From Saprolegnia diclina VS20 (lineage: Eukaryota): DNA of 42,538 nt. The notes below the pieces were generated by a model. That model was not told the DNA's origin. It ran no database searches and saw only the letters and a program-made list of their open reading frames with translations. Position numbers and translations under genes: made by a program. Below are positions 1 through 11,160 of the stretch, piece by piece. Each line of letters begins with the position of its first letter. Position 1 is the first letter of the stretch. The stretch lies in NCBI RefSeq assembly GCF_000281045.1, contig NW_008246098.1, positions 1-42,538 of the forward strand, written 5' to 3'.

Positions 1-135
1 GGTCTGCTCATCCCAGTGTCAAGTGCGATCCATACGCATCATTGCGGAAAGTGCTGAGCTCAGCTATTAGAGTGATTTTGCAAGCGTGAATTTCATGAAT
101 GGAGCAAGTAGTCACATGTCGCATGCGCCCGTCGG

Positions 136-711
136 ATGAATTCCACCGAAAAAATGTACGATGGGACCCCCTCAATCCTGAACCGTTTTTCCGGGTCGCC
201 ACTCATTTTTTTACTTGCGCTGAGTATAGGCGAGGAGGCTCCACACACAACAAAGAAGGCGTTTCGCTTCACCGTGGCCTCGGGCGTGGATCTCCTCAAA
301 GAAGTCATGTTTGTGAGCCCATACGATTGCCAGTACGGTCAGATCGCAAAGCGCTGGGAAGATGACGACCCCGAAGAAAGCGACAGCGCGGCAACGCCGT
401 CCAAGAAGGTCAAGAAAGAAGGCCGCGGGGCGATCAAGGACGTGGCGTCTGTTGTCGTTGACTTTACTTCTATCATAGAGTCTTCCAACAAGCTCAAGCA
501 AGACGAGATTTCTGCGAAGAAGGAGGAAACCGCAGTGGCCCAGCGCCGACTTGAGCTTGATGAGCAACGGTACCTGCTTGAAAAAGCAGAGCGCGAAGCA
601 CGGTGCCAGTTGGAGCGATCGGAGCGCGAGGTCCAGCTTGAATTCATGCGAAGCACCATCGAATTAACGAAGCACCATCGAATTGATGCGCTCTCTCGGA
701 AACAAGATTAA
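136..711 (+). pseudogene. Transposon accessory ORF (partner of the Harbinger-type transposase; likely Myb/SANT-like remnant plus coiled coil)
   Basis: Lies inside the TIRs, convergent with the transposase. 'RFTVASGVDLLKEV..VSPY...YGQIAKRWE' jumps abruptly to an acidic/basic linker and an E/R-rich coiled coil (RRLELDEQRYLLEKAEREAR). Confidence 0.65.
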
Positions 712-717
712 GCCAAC

Positions 718-1326
718 TCAATCAATTCTTGTTTGGCGGGATCTCCGTAGATAACGTATCGGGTGTCGCCTACACGTAGCTTGTTTTGGAGCTTTTCGAC
801 TAGCTTGCTCTGTGCTAGTAAGCACGGTGCCATCAAAGAAGCCGATGCAAGTTGTAAGGGGAGCCCCTTGAGCATGGATAGCGGCCGAACAGTGTTGCAT
901 CCAGTCGGCGTCAAGTCGAGCTTCGTCCCACTCGAGCAAGTGATGGAAGCAGTCGTACACGTGCATCATTACGTGGTTGCTGATCGCGGACAAGGCCTCG
1001 CGGCTGCGTCCAAACGTCTCGACCATGGAGCCAAGCCGATGCGGCAACGCGAGCCGGTTGAGCATGATACAGATCGCCTTCAACTGATCGGCTTTGTAGC
1101 GGTGCGTCGTGATGATTTCGTCGGGCAAACACAGCGAGCGCACGAGCTCGACGATCTGCTGCTTGGTAAATCGGAACTTGTACACGCAGTCCGTATCGGA
1201 TTGCGCGCTAAAGTTGAAGCTGGTACTTGGTATGGTGATGGCCCGAGAGGCCACGACGAGGTATTGGGCGAGAATTGCGACGAGAGGGAGTGCGAGCAGG
1301 ACGTCGTCCATGTGCCTGCGGTCCAA
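718..1326 (-). pseudogene. Harbinger/IS5-like DDE transposase, internally deleted and 3'-truncated
   Basis: Contains FRFTKQQI, 'ICIMLNRLALPHRL...FGRS' HTH region and 'CIGFFDGTV' (first catalytic D). Near 822 the frame shifts to 'LAQSKLVEKL...YVIYGDPA' (second D). The intervening YNGHK/RHD region and the catalytic E segment are absent. Confidence 0.85.
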
Positions 1327-2159
1327 AGCGTAAAACTGATGCAGGTTTGCAAAAACAATCGACGCGCGACTTTTACCCTTTGAATTTTCCAGAATTTCGA
1401 GCGCCGAACAATCATGAATTCCACGCTTGCAAAATCACTCTATTATAGCAAAACCAAACAGCAAAGTAACCTGTGGTGGCCACCTCTGACTTGAGCAAGC
1501 ACTCTCGTACCGCGACGTCTCACCCTCTGCAAAAATCATTTGGACCTCAGTTGAAGTTGCGTTGGCGCCAGTTGGCACCATGAAACCCATTTGACGTGAA
1601 ATGGTGAATTTTTGTATATAGTGTACATTATATTACACTAAATGCGATATCTCATCCTTCATCCACATCCACCACGTATATAGTATGCAAACGGGGGATC
1701 GGGATTGGCCACGGTGATTGGCAACCGAGGCGCCCAATTCGCTCGTTCCAGTACAGTCGACGCGACACCGCCAAAGCACCCAGCCCAGAAGCCCATTGTG
1801 TGTGTGGAGCGTCCCAGCTTCAGATACTCGCAATACAGTGTAATATAGCCCGCACACTCAGTTTTTGAAAGAGTAGGAATGCTGCGGCATCGCGACACCA
1901 TCTGCCCCGAAGCAGAATGCAGCCGTGATGCCCATCATACTCGTCTGGGATAAATGAATGTACTATATAAGATAATTCCCCTGCCTTGCCTTCCTTATCC
2001 GGAAAAGGCAACCGTTTTGACCAATCAGATCAAGATTTGGGTGGGCTATCACCTGATCGGGCACGCGACAAGCCGGGATCAACGCGGGCCTTTCTACTAT
2101 CGACCAGTCGATTGGAGCCCGCCACTTCTCGACATCCGTCGTCCTGCGCAGTCGCTATC

Positions 2160-4094
2160 ATGAGTATGCGCTGGTTGTTGTCCGCGCTCGCTGCTGTCGC
2201 CGCCATGGACCCGTCGGCTAACCCGAACTGCTACCTCGTGCCAATCCTCGTGATCGCGCCGCACACGCCTCTTCCGGCCATGAACTGCGCGACCAAGCCA
2301 TTCCCGGCGGGCGACTGCATGAAGGAGGTCGTGCGTGCGACATTGACGACGGTGGACTCGATCAAGACCCACGGGACAGAATGGAACTGCCTCGGCGACG
2401 CCGACCATCTCGAGTACGCGTCCAGCGTCCACTACCGCGGCGATTCGACGCTGCGTCTCATTAAGCACCAGATGGCCATCAAGCTCGACACGCCGCAGTC
2501 GTTCTTGGGCCTCCCCGCCGACACGCCGTGGTCGCTCCATGGCCCGTACTTCGACGCGAGCTTGCTTCGCAACCACGTCGCCCACCACATCTTTCGGCAA
2601 ACGGGGCGCTACTCGCCCCGCACGCAGCACATTGCCCTTTACATCAAGAACGCCGCGGGCGTTCCCGAATACAAGGGTTTCTACCTCCTCCTCGAGACTG
2701 TGAGGTACGCGCGCCCTCTATCGATATGCCATGGTCTCACAATGGTGTAGCTATGGCCCGAACCGTGTCGGTCTTGCTGAGAACTCTCCCAACTGCTCGG
2801 CCTCGGAGCGTGCGAACGGAGGTTGGGCGTGGCTCTTTGACCCGCTCTCGTACGGCGCGTACTCGCCCAATATTGTCAAGAACATGTACACGAACCAGTT
2901 TGGCGGCGGCCGCCCGCTCCTGACGTACCCCGCTGGCGAGACGACGTCGCAGGCGATGCGCGATGCTTTCGTATCTCCCAACGGCTTCCTGCCCCAGTAC
3001 CACAAGTACCTCTGGGAAGGCATGCTCACGCCCGATCGCCTCGAGGAGCACATTGACATTGGCTCGTTCGTCGATTACATGCTCCACACGGAGTGGAGCC
3101 TGAACCAAGACGCATACTCGCGCAGCATGTACTACTTCAAGGATCGCGACCATCCGATCGAGGCAGGCCCGGTCTGGGACTTCAACCTCGCCTTCGGCGC
3201 CGGCGCCAAGGCTCATGCGCAAAACTGGCTCTTCCAGACGCATGAAGCGTGGAAGCGGCTTACGTGCAACTACAAGTTCACTTCGCTTCTCATTGCCCGC
3301 GTACGTACATTTTTGGATCGTGGAGATTGAGAACTAACTGGCATTTATGGTAGTGGAAGGCCCTCCGTGCCGGTGTCTGGGCTGACGGCAAAATCGAGGC
3401 GTTTGTGACGAATGCCCGCGCTCCCTTTGACAAGATGCTCACCAAGTGCCCCAACAACCAGTGGATGTCCAGCCAACCGTCGTGCGCCCACGTTGCCCTG
3501 AGCACGCGCGGCTCGTACGCTGATCAAGTCAACGCTATGGTCGCCTCGACGCTTAGCCGCGCGCGCTGGATGGACGCCCAAATCGAAAAGCTGTACCAGC
3601 CGCTGAACGCCCGCGTCTGCATGGGCGTCGGCCGCATTCCCAAGTTCAACTGCGGCCCCGATGGCAATGACCCCGGCTGCCTGAGCAACCCCAAACCGTA
3701 CTACGAAAACGTCAAGTTCCCGGCCATTCGAGGTGTGAACCACGCGAAGTGCGACGGTGAAGCGCCCAACGCCGCGCCCCATGTCCCGTCTGTGGATCCG
3801 TGCTGGGTCGCCGTTGGCAGTTACCGTGGTATGTGGTGGCTTACGCCGACGTGCAGTGGCTTTGGCTGGTGTGCGCAGGGCCCTGGTGCCAAGTGCCAGT
3901 GCACGGCCGGCCGCAAGACGTTCGATTGCTCGCCCAATCCACCGGCGCACTTGATTGCGATCACCGCGTCGTCGGAGGACGCAGCCGCGATGAGCAACCC
4001 GCTTGTGTGGGCTGGCGCCGCCGCCGCGCTTTCCGCCGTTGCCGTAATTCTTGTCATCAAGCGCAAGCGAAACCCGGGTTACGAAACCTTGTAA
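2160..4094 (+). CDS. CotH-family (spore-coat kinase-like) protein with signal peptide, Cys-rich C-terminal region and C-terminal TM anchor; 3 exons, about 611 aa
   Basis: Exons 2160-2704, 2751-3300, 3354-4094 (GT-AG introns of 46 and 53 nt, frame preserved). Motifs YRGDST, 'W.LHGPYFDASLLRN', YSPRT, 'YKGFYLLLE', 'NQDAY.RS.Y..KD', 'AGPVWDFNLAFG', 'RWKALR'. Hydrophobic N-terminus; TM segment LVWAGAAAALSAVAVILVI followed by KRKR. Confidence 0.85.
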
Positions 4095-4270
4095 ACACAA
4101 AATTAAGACGTGTTTTTTACTTCCAATTTACCGTCAAATGTATATATATATGAACGTGTTTCGCGTTATCTGCATTACAAAGACTTCGCATACGTAGAGA
4201 ATACACTGTAGCAATCTTCTTCATTAGTTCGCCGGGCCGTGGCTGCGCAGGCGGCGGCGCGGAGCCTCGT

Positions 4271-4450
4271 CTAGCCTTCTGTAGTCGCCCTACGACGCTT
4301 GGGGCCGTGGGTGAGGTCTTTCCAGGCGTTGCGGTCGGCGGCAAAGCTACGCAGTTTGTCAAGGTCCTCGAGAGACGCCAGCGACTGAGGCGGCGTCAGC
4401 GATTGGAGGTCGCGGTACAGGACGACCGGCAGCGTGATCTTGGTGCGCAC
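4271..4450 (-). mobile_element. 3' remnant of a non-LTR (LINE/RTE-like) retrotransposon ORF
   Basis: ATG-less frame VRTKITLPVVLYRDLQSLTPPQSLASLEDLDKLRSFAADRNAWKDLTHGPKRRRATTEG* resembles the 'R..TLP..L..DL...A.DR..W..L' C-terminus of RTE-type RT proteins. An in-frame stop lies just upstream (4463-4465). Confidence 0.5.
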
Positions 4451-4582
4451 TAAGAAATGGGGTCAAATGGTTAAAAAATTGTGCTAGTACAGATTAACCC
4501 GTTCGGACGTGCAGAAAATGATGGACGTACGCAACAGCGAAACCTCGAGAAAAGGTGGACGAAAAACTTCAGGCAATGTACG

Positions 4583-4748
4583 TATTACCGGTAGTACATT
4601 TGTACATATTACCGGTAGTACATTTGTACATGTCCAGACAGCCCTGGCATTCCATGTGCCATGTTATCTATAGCTTAGTTCGGTAGTACATTTGTACATG
4701 TCCAGACAGCCCTGGCATTCCATGTGCCATGTTATCTATAGCTTAGTT
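4583..4748. repeat. Nested perfect tandem duplications (2 x 24 bp overlapping 2 x 68 bp)
   Basis: TATTACCGGTAGTACATTTGTACA at 4583-4606 and 4607-4630. 68-mer CGGTAGTACATTTG...TAGCTTAGTT at 4613-4680 and 4681-4748. Confidence 0.95.
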
Positions 4749-5048
4749 GAAACAGAACGCCGATATCCGTGCCTTCTCGCGTTCACTTTAAGCCGATAGA
4801 GGCTCTGTTATGATTAGCGTGAACTAAAGTCATTGAGCTGCCGATCAACTATTGGTCTGCACTTGAATCAACGGAGTGTACACACAGTCATTGGGACCAT
4901 CCAAGGGTCCGAGAATGGGATTGATCGATCGTCCATCCATCCATCGTACTGCATTCGTTATTACAACATATATATACACGCTAGAAATACCGCCGTCGTC
5001 TGGCTTCGTTTGCAAGGGAGCCACAGTGACAACAAGGGATCTTAGCAG

Positions 5049-7154
5049 TCAGCCTAGGCACAAAAACATGGTGAGCTCCTTGGTTTCATTCCGAAAAAAT
5101 GAAAGTACCACACGACGGCGTTTGGGCTTCTTGATGTCGTCGCTCATGATGTTCTTGAGGCGCAGCATACTCGCCGACGCAACGGGTGTCGTTGCGGGGC
5201 TGGTTGTGTCACCATCGACCTGCGTCGGCGCCGTGTTTTCATCGTCATCGTTCAAAATTAGCTGCATCGCCGAGCTCCGGCGCTGGAGCGGTGGGTGCGC
5301 GATCGACTTGGGCGACGGGTCTTGTGGTATAAGTGCAGGAACAACCATCGATACGTCGATCGGCGTCACATCCGCGACTGTTTTCGCTTCGACAATGATG
5401 CGGCGGTTCGTGCGCGACGTTCGCGTCTCGTTGTTGCGCCGGTAGGAGAGCAAAGTGAAAGCCGGTGACTGCACTGACGCAATCACACGCAAGTCCTGCG
5501 TGAACGCGCTGTCGTCGCCCGGTAGCCGCATAAACATATAGCCCTACGTCCAAACGTTAAGGGCATCAAAGTTGGAAGCGAGACGTACACGCCACACATG
5601 GCGCGTGCTGCGGCTTTCCTTGCTAGCGCTAGCGGTCCAGTGGTACGGCCAGCCGACCTTGAAGCCGTCGTTGAAATTGAAGACGAGCGACGTCTAGACT
5701 TTTGGTCGTAAATCAAGGTGCACGAATGGGCATCGGAATGAGATACGCACGGGGTAGTATGTGGACGGCGGAAGGAGGACACCAGGGACCCACTCACCGC
5801 CACTCTCGTGCTCGGCCGTGAGACTGGCGTGCGACCGAACATCACCCATTTTGAGCTCCGGCTCATTGAGGCGTTCGACGCGCGCAAAGGCTACGAACGA
5901 GTACGCGGGCACTTTGTTGAGCTGGGGCCCTGCGAGAGCAAACGAGATTTTCCCGCCACAACTGCAGTGCACGAGGTGTCCAGGACAGCAGTGTGGGAAA
6001 CAGCGCAGCTCCTACAAAGTATCAAGTAGCACTTTGCACGTTGGGAAGCGGATAACGGTACTTTGCGCCCTTCCGTCTTGTTGCAGCTACGAGATGAGTA
6101 TGAATCGACGGCAGATATGCCACGACGCACCGAATGTACGTGTCCTTGAATGTCGTCTCACTCGCGCAAGCACATTTTATAAACTCAAGACGGTAACCGT
6201 CGTCAATCGAGTCATATTGGATCGTGGCTAGAAAAAAGACAGATTGTGAGCCACAGGTCGCCGAATTTTCCCGAAGAAGTCGTACTGCCGTCATTGGGGT
6301 CCCCAAGATCGCTGCTGCTTAAAGCGCGACGGTACGATGAGAGCGTGAAGGGCGTCGACTGAGCGACGCCGATGACGCGCAGCACCTTTTGTGGCTCGTA
6401 CTGGTAGACCATGAAGAGGTAGGCCTTGAAAACGTGCTTGGTGTTGCGTAGGACCTTGCTCGCCCCGCCTTTCCATGCGTACTGCCATTGATCCTCGTGT
6501 GGCGATGGGTTAATCCGGTACACGAGCGTCCCGCAGTCCTCCTACGCAACGTTTCTCAGCGGCAACGTGGCCAGCGAGTCGTACTTCAGTGCTGCTCTTC
6601 TTGTATTGAAGCTTTCCTGGAAGCCATTCGCATGCATCTTCGCTGTCCTTGACGCGGCTGAAGCGCGCGAGGTCGGCGGCTGACACAAGTTCGCCAACGT
6701 CGAGGGCGCCCTCGAGACATCGTTCGAAACGACAGTACGACTCGAATGCCATGGACTCAAAGCGCGAGAAGTTGCCGCCAACCTGCATCGCAAGCGACGT
6801 GCCGCAGGCATTGATGGTCAAGTGTGTCGGACAACAGTGTGGAAAGCACCTAAGAGGGTTTCTATTTTGACTGGTTGCAAACAAGTACTATTGGAACCTA
6901 CCGAATGGCCTGTGTGCGGAGCAGAGGAGGTGAACCGTGAGATTTGGCGAAAAAATGGAGAGTTGCGAGGTTAGATTGATACCTTTTGGCCGTTGGGTTT
7001 GTTGGTCCTACACTGAGGTAAGCCAACGGAAGTCGGCTGGAGGCGCGTACCGGATGTAGCTGTCGTGGAAGAGAGGGCCCTCGCACTGCGTGCACGCGGC
7101 GAACGTGCAGAACACGCGGTCTTCGATCGGCTTGGGCGCCTCGAACTCCGCCAT
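5049..7154 (-). CDS. Uncharacterised protein with two tandem 'RCFPHCCPxH' domains, possible transcription factor; 10 exons, about 546 aa
   Basis: Hand-built exons: 7154-7051, 7007-6983, 6909-6902, 6849-6585, 6541-6286, 6227-6131, 6086-6062, 6011-5751, 5693-5589, 5543-5049. All introns GT-AG, phases consistent, total 1641 nt. Repeat 1: YIRTNKPNGQKAIRCFPHCCPTH...WQYAWKGG...STPFTLSSYRR. Repeat 2: YIRCNKTEGRKELRCFPHCCPGH...WPYHWTAS...SPAFTLLSYRR. Basic KKPKRRR near the C-terminus. The 3' end is less certain. Confidence 0.75.
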
Positions 7155-9297
7155 CGATCAAGAGTGTCCACAATCAATTGCAAACTCCTCCCACTAAAAT
7201 CAGACCAGCTGCGACCTGTAGCAATTGATATTTGCATTTTGACAGATAATATCGAGTATAAGGGGGATGGCACGCCACAGGGTCATACAAACCCCAAGTG
7301 CAGGACGTCGATGGGCTGTGAATTTCGTTGGCGGCTGCTGCCAGCTGGTGCCATGGTCCGATGGGTGTTAAGACGACAGCGAAGACACCGCCTGCGCATG
7401 TTCTTCGCCTTGGTTCCTGCAGCATCGAGTTATCCATGCGATACAGCCCCAGTCTTGTGTAGAGGGCACGGTAATAAGATAGTTAGGAGAGTGCTTGATG
7501 CTTGAAGCTCAAGTGAATATCCTGACGGATTTGCCAGAGAGTGAGCGAGCGATATTAGTACATGGTACAATGGGAGGAAGCGGGCGATGCGCACCAGTGG
7601 TCACACAAGCAACTCGTTGAACGCAAGCGAAGTGCGCATCTGCACGCAAATTCCAACTTGTGCTCACGCCCAAGCTGATTGGGCCGGCGCCAACTGATAT
7701 GAGGTCGCGCTGTTTATCTTGCAAATTGTATGAATTCTACGTATTCGTGTCGCGTGTCAACCTGTCTCTTCAAAGAATTGACAGCGATCGGGAGGTTATT
7801 GCAATGCACCCGCGCTGAGAACGGCAAGAGCCGTCACGTGCGCCAGGGTACATCCCGCTTGTATACGTCTCGGACTTCATTCAATGCATTCACACAGCTA
7901 CATGCCTACAGCTTATGCCAGCGGGGTCGAGCTCGACAACACTGCGCAACGATATTTTATTTTATTGGCACAGCAACCTGCCTATCCTGTCCAACTATGG
8001 CTGCCATAGCCTGGTCGGCGAGACTGGGGATTTGTATGGTGGCGAGCTTGGCGAGACTTGGCGCCTGTTCCGCGAACTGCCCCGCACGGCTTCTTCAACA
8101 GCAAGCCACAGTCGACTGGACTGCTCAGCAATTAATTACTTGCACCCACTTACATCGGATTCGATTGCATAGCAGAACCAATATAATAAAAATAAGGGCG
8201 AGTGGGAGCACTCGATGAACGTCAGCACGGATCCTCTTCCCGCAGAGCGTCGGCATGGTCGCACGTGTGTGTCATCGCGCTCTCTCGCGCACGATCAATC
8301 AGGCGAACAAAGAACGAACGAACGATGGACTGTCGAAGAAAGGTAACTCGGAAATGGATAGAACGTTTTATCACTTCCTGGGTGACAAACGAGTGAATGC
8401 CATGCGTTGGTCCGAGGCAGATATGGAACTGTACTGGTAATGGCGAAATTGCACCGATGAGCTGCCGAGTATGTCCAGCAGTGTTGTAAGGTGCGTTTGG
8501 CGTCTTGTCGTCCCCCAAATGGAATATCGTCATTGAAGGAGTACAGTATTGGCCGAAGAAATACCGTACCTAAGGTGCTGAGTTCAAATCCGCGCGCCCG
8601 CTCCTGCATAGCAATCTTTGATCGAGATATTTAAAATTTTGAGATTTGAAAAAATGGGTGTACAGTACAGTACCGCTATAGATTCCAGGTGAAATGAGCT
8701 GTACCTATACCAGGGTATTTCGAAAAATTGATCAAGCAACGGAAGTCATCATCGTCCGAGCAGTGGTGCATGGACAAGTTCGCTTCACACGCAGCATCAG
8801 GCGCAATATGTGCATTGATTGGTCTAAAACATATGACACCACACATGCGATTGGTCCACGCCATCAGTTTTGAGAAATTGCACGCTTGTCCAAGGACTGC
8901 TCGACGATATTTGGACAAATTGGCCAGAGAAAAGGATTTTACCTAATTCAAGGACAAATATAGGATTGGTGCCGATCGATTAATTCGTCGCTGACGGCCG
9001 AGCAGATTGGGGCAACGATGTATTGGTGCCACAGGGAGCCCCGCCTGCCCAGTGGTGGGCGAGGTGGATCAGCAAATTTGCTGCGGGCTGCCAAATGCAG
9101 AATGCGCTTGAGCAGGACAGCTCTACACCATGGCTTGTTGCCGCTTGGACTTATGTTCTTCTAATCGTCTGTTGTTCCTGTCTGCTCATCCTTCGCGCGG
9201 AACACCTCGTCTTCTTGAAAATGTTCCAACCAAAACGCGCCCAAACGCGTTGCAAATATAATTTCAACTATTAATACACCGGTCTAATCAATTAATA

Positions 9298-9588
9298 GCA
9301 TGTATTCATACTAGTAGTCGGTCTTCTCTTTGATCAAGATCGCGAAACGAGCGCGTCAGGCTGAGCGCGTCGTCAAGAACCTCACTCACACGGGGCCGCA
9401 AGTGTCCCCAGGCGAGTATATATGAGCAAGACAAGAGCGAGCGAAGGAGGTTGCTCGTGTTTACGCATGCTAAGTCTTGAGTATTACTTTACAGTTAGGA
9501 TTAATAACACGAGTAACGTTGCCAGTAGTATTTCTGTTCGATACAACGCAAGTGCTGAGACTATAAGGGTACTAGTATGCATAGATGC
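9298..9588. repeat. About 290-bp segment bounded by an imperfect 19-bp inverted repeat (MITE- or solo-LTR-like)
   Basis: GCATGTATTCATACTAGTA (9298-9316) versus TACTAGTATGCATAGATGC (9570-9588), 17/19 complementary. Internal TATATA near 9417. No TSD found. Confidence 0.35.
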
Positions 9589-9758
9589 ACTGTAGTACTT
9601 GTATATGTTTATAATCAATTCGTGCACCCAGTTGCAGAAATTGACGCATTGTTCATGCATAAGTATTCATTACTAAATAAGTAGTGGGCATCATTATGTG
9701 TTGATATAAAAGTGTTGCAGTGTTTCTAGATCGCTGCGGCTCCAGGCGGATGGATGGC

Positions 9759-11113
9759 TTATGCGACGACTTCGTCGGCAACAACCCGCATGGCGTGAAT
9801 GCCGGAGCTGAGCCCGATGATGTTGGACTCGTCAATGCGGAGCACAGTCCCGCCGTATTTGCCGTCAATGGCCCAGGTGTTCACCTGCACGTACTTGCCG
9901 TCGTCGTACTGCGGGAGCAGCGCAATCTCTTGATACACAATTGTGTCTTGGTCCCATTTGCCGGCCGTCGCGCTAATGAGCTGGTGCTCGGCGTCATAAA
10001 TAGAGACGTTCGCACCCGTGCGGCCCATCACGGGCTTGGCTACGTAGCCTCCGACATACGTCGCCACAGCAGCTTCATCAAAAGACGCGCGGAGGAGGTA
10101 CGGGTTCTCGGGTGCCAGCTGCGAGAGGATTGGGAGAATCGCCTTGGAGCTCGGAAGTACGGTCCAGAGCGGCTCAAAGACGCGGACGTCGTCGTGCAGC
10201 ATGACGTCCATGACCTGCACGCGCTTCTGCGGTGCTTCAAGCGAAGCCTCAAACTGGGAGATGACGGTCTGCCACGCCCACGTCTTCCAGACGTTGCGGA
10301 TTTCACGGCCGTTGACGTCAGCGATGGCGCCGTTGGACCACGAGAGGCTGTCTACGCCGACCACAAGGACGCAGTCGATACCGGCGGCTTGCGCAGCTGA
10401 CATCATGTACATCGAGTGGTACCGCTCTTCGTGGTCGTCGTCGCAAAGCAAGTGGAGAATGCCGTCCACGTTTTTGCCCTTCCAAGCGTCGACGAGCTGG
10501 GAGAACAGCGTGGTGCTCGAGCTGCGACCGATTGAGTCGACGCCTGCGGCACGCGACCACTCATCCTGCGTATGGCCGCATTCAAAGAGACACGACGCCG
10601 AGTCAGCGTTGTACTCGTACACTTTGATACCGTCTTCTGTCAAGGCAAAGTCGAAGCGCCCGGACACGGTGTCGCGCTTGCTATACATACAGCGCATGAG
10701 ACCATGGGCGCAAGTCGAGTCGATTTGTACTTTTCGCGGAACGAGCGCTGGATCTTAGGCCAGAGCGCCGAGGGGATGTGGAAGAAGGGTGCCATCTCGG
10801 CTTCATGCGCCAGTACATACGCAGTGGCATCGAAAAAGAGCTCGTGAAGCGAAGCCGTTGCCACTTCAATACCCGCTTGGCCCGACTCGCTGAGCGTGTA
10901 ATAGCTCGATGTCTCGTTAGCCGTCAAGTGCGTACCGTACTGCTCCTGGAACACGGGCACGTACGGCTTGGAGGCGTCAAGCCACGGCGAGCTGGCGCCA
11001 GACGGCGGGATCTGCACTGTGCGTACGGCGAGATCGTGCTTGTAGCTGTTGGGCAGCTTAGCGACGGTCTTGGCCTTCGCGGGCGTCGTCACGGGCGTTG
11101 GTATTACAACCAT
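9759..11113 (-). CDS. Glutathionylspermidine synthetase (ATP-grasp, synthetase domain only); 2 exons, about 434 aa
   Basis: Exons 11113-10731 and 10680-9759 (50-nt GT-AG intron). Motifs GRFDF...IKVYEYNADSASC, DDHEERYH, VWKTWAW, VFEPLWTVLPSSKAILP, KPVMGRTGAN and YGGTVLRIDES match the E. coli Gsp synthetase domain as I recall it. Confidence 0.9.
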
Positions 11114-11160
11114 CTTCAAGTAGTTGCGGCTGCGGAGGAGGGCTCGGATGGTGCTATTGC

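Larger units (their letters stand above)
69..1441. mobile_element. PHIS (PIF/Harbinger-ISL2EU) superfamily DNA transposon, Pangu-like, non-autonomous deletion derivative
   Basis: TIRs at 69-98 (AGAGTGATTTTGCAAGCGTGAATTTCATGA) and 1412-1441 (reverse complement AGAGTGATTTTGCAAGCGTGGAATTCATGA): first 20 bp identical, 28/30 overall. ATT flanks both ends (66-68, 1442-1444), giving a 3-bp TSD. Two convergent ORFs inside, one a Harbinger-type transposase. Confidence 0.9.

Noticed and set aside
1..1503. Alternative outer TIR pair (GGTCTGCTCA at 1 / TGAGCAAGC near 1492)
   Set aside because: Only about 11/17 match; the 69/1441 pair with a TSD is far stronger.
4583..4748. Possible CRISPR-like array
   Set aside because: Whole units are duplicated with no unique spacers, no cas genes, and a eukaryotic context.
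7915..8172. DILFYWHSNLPILS resembling a hAT dimerisation motif
   Set aside because: Too short, with no supporting downstream SER.FS motif or TIRs.
8542..8570. Tc1/mariner-like TIR start TACAGTATTGGCC
   Set aside because: No matching inverted copy or transposase found in the window.
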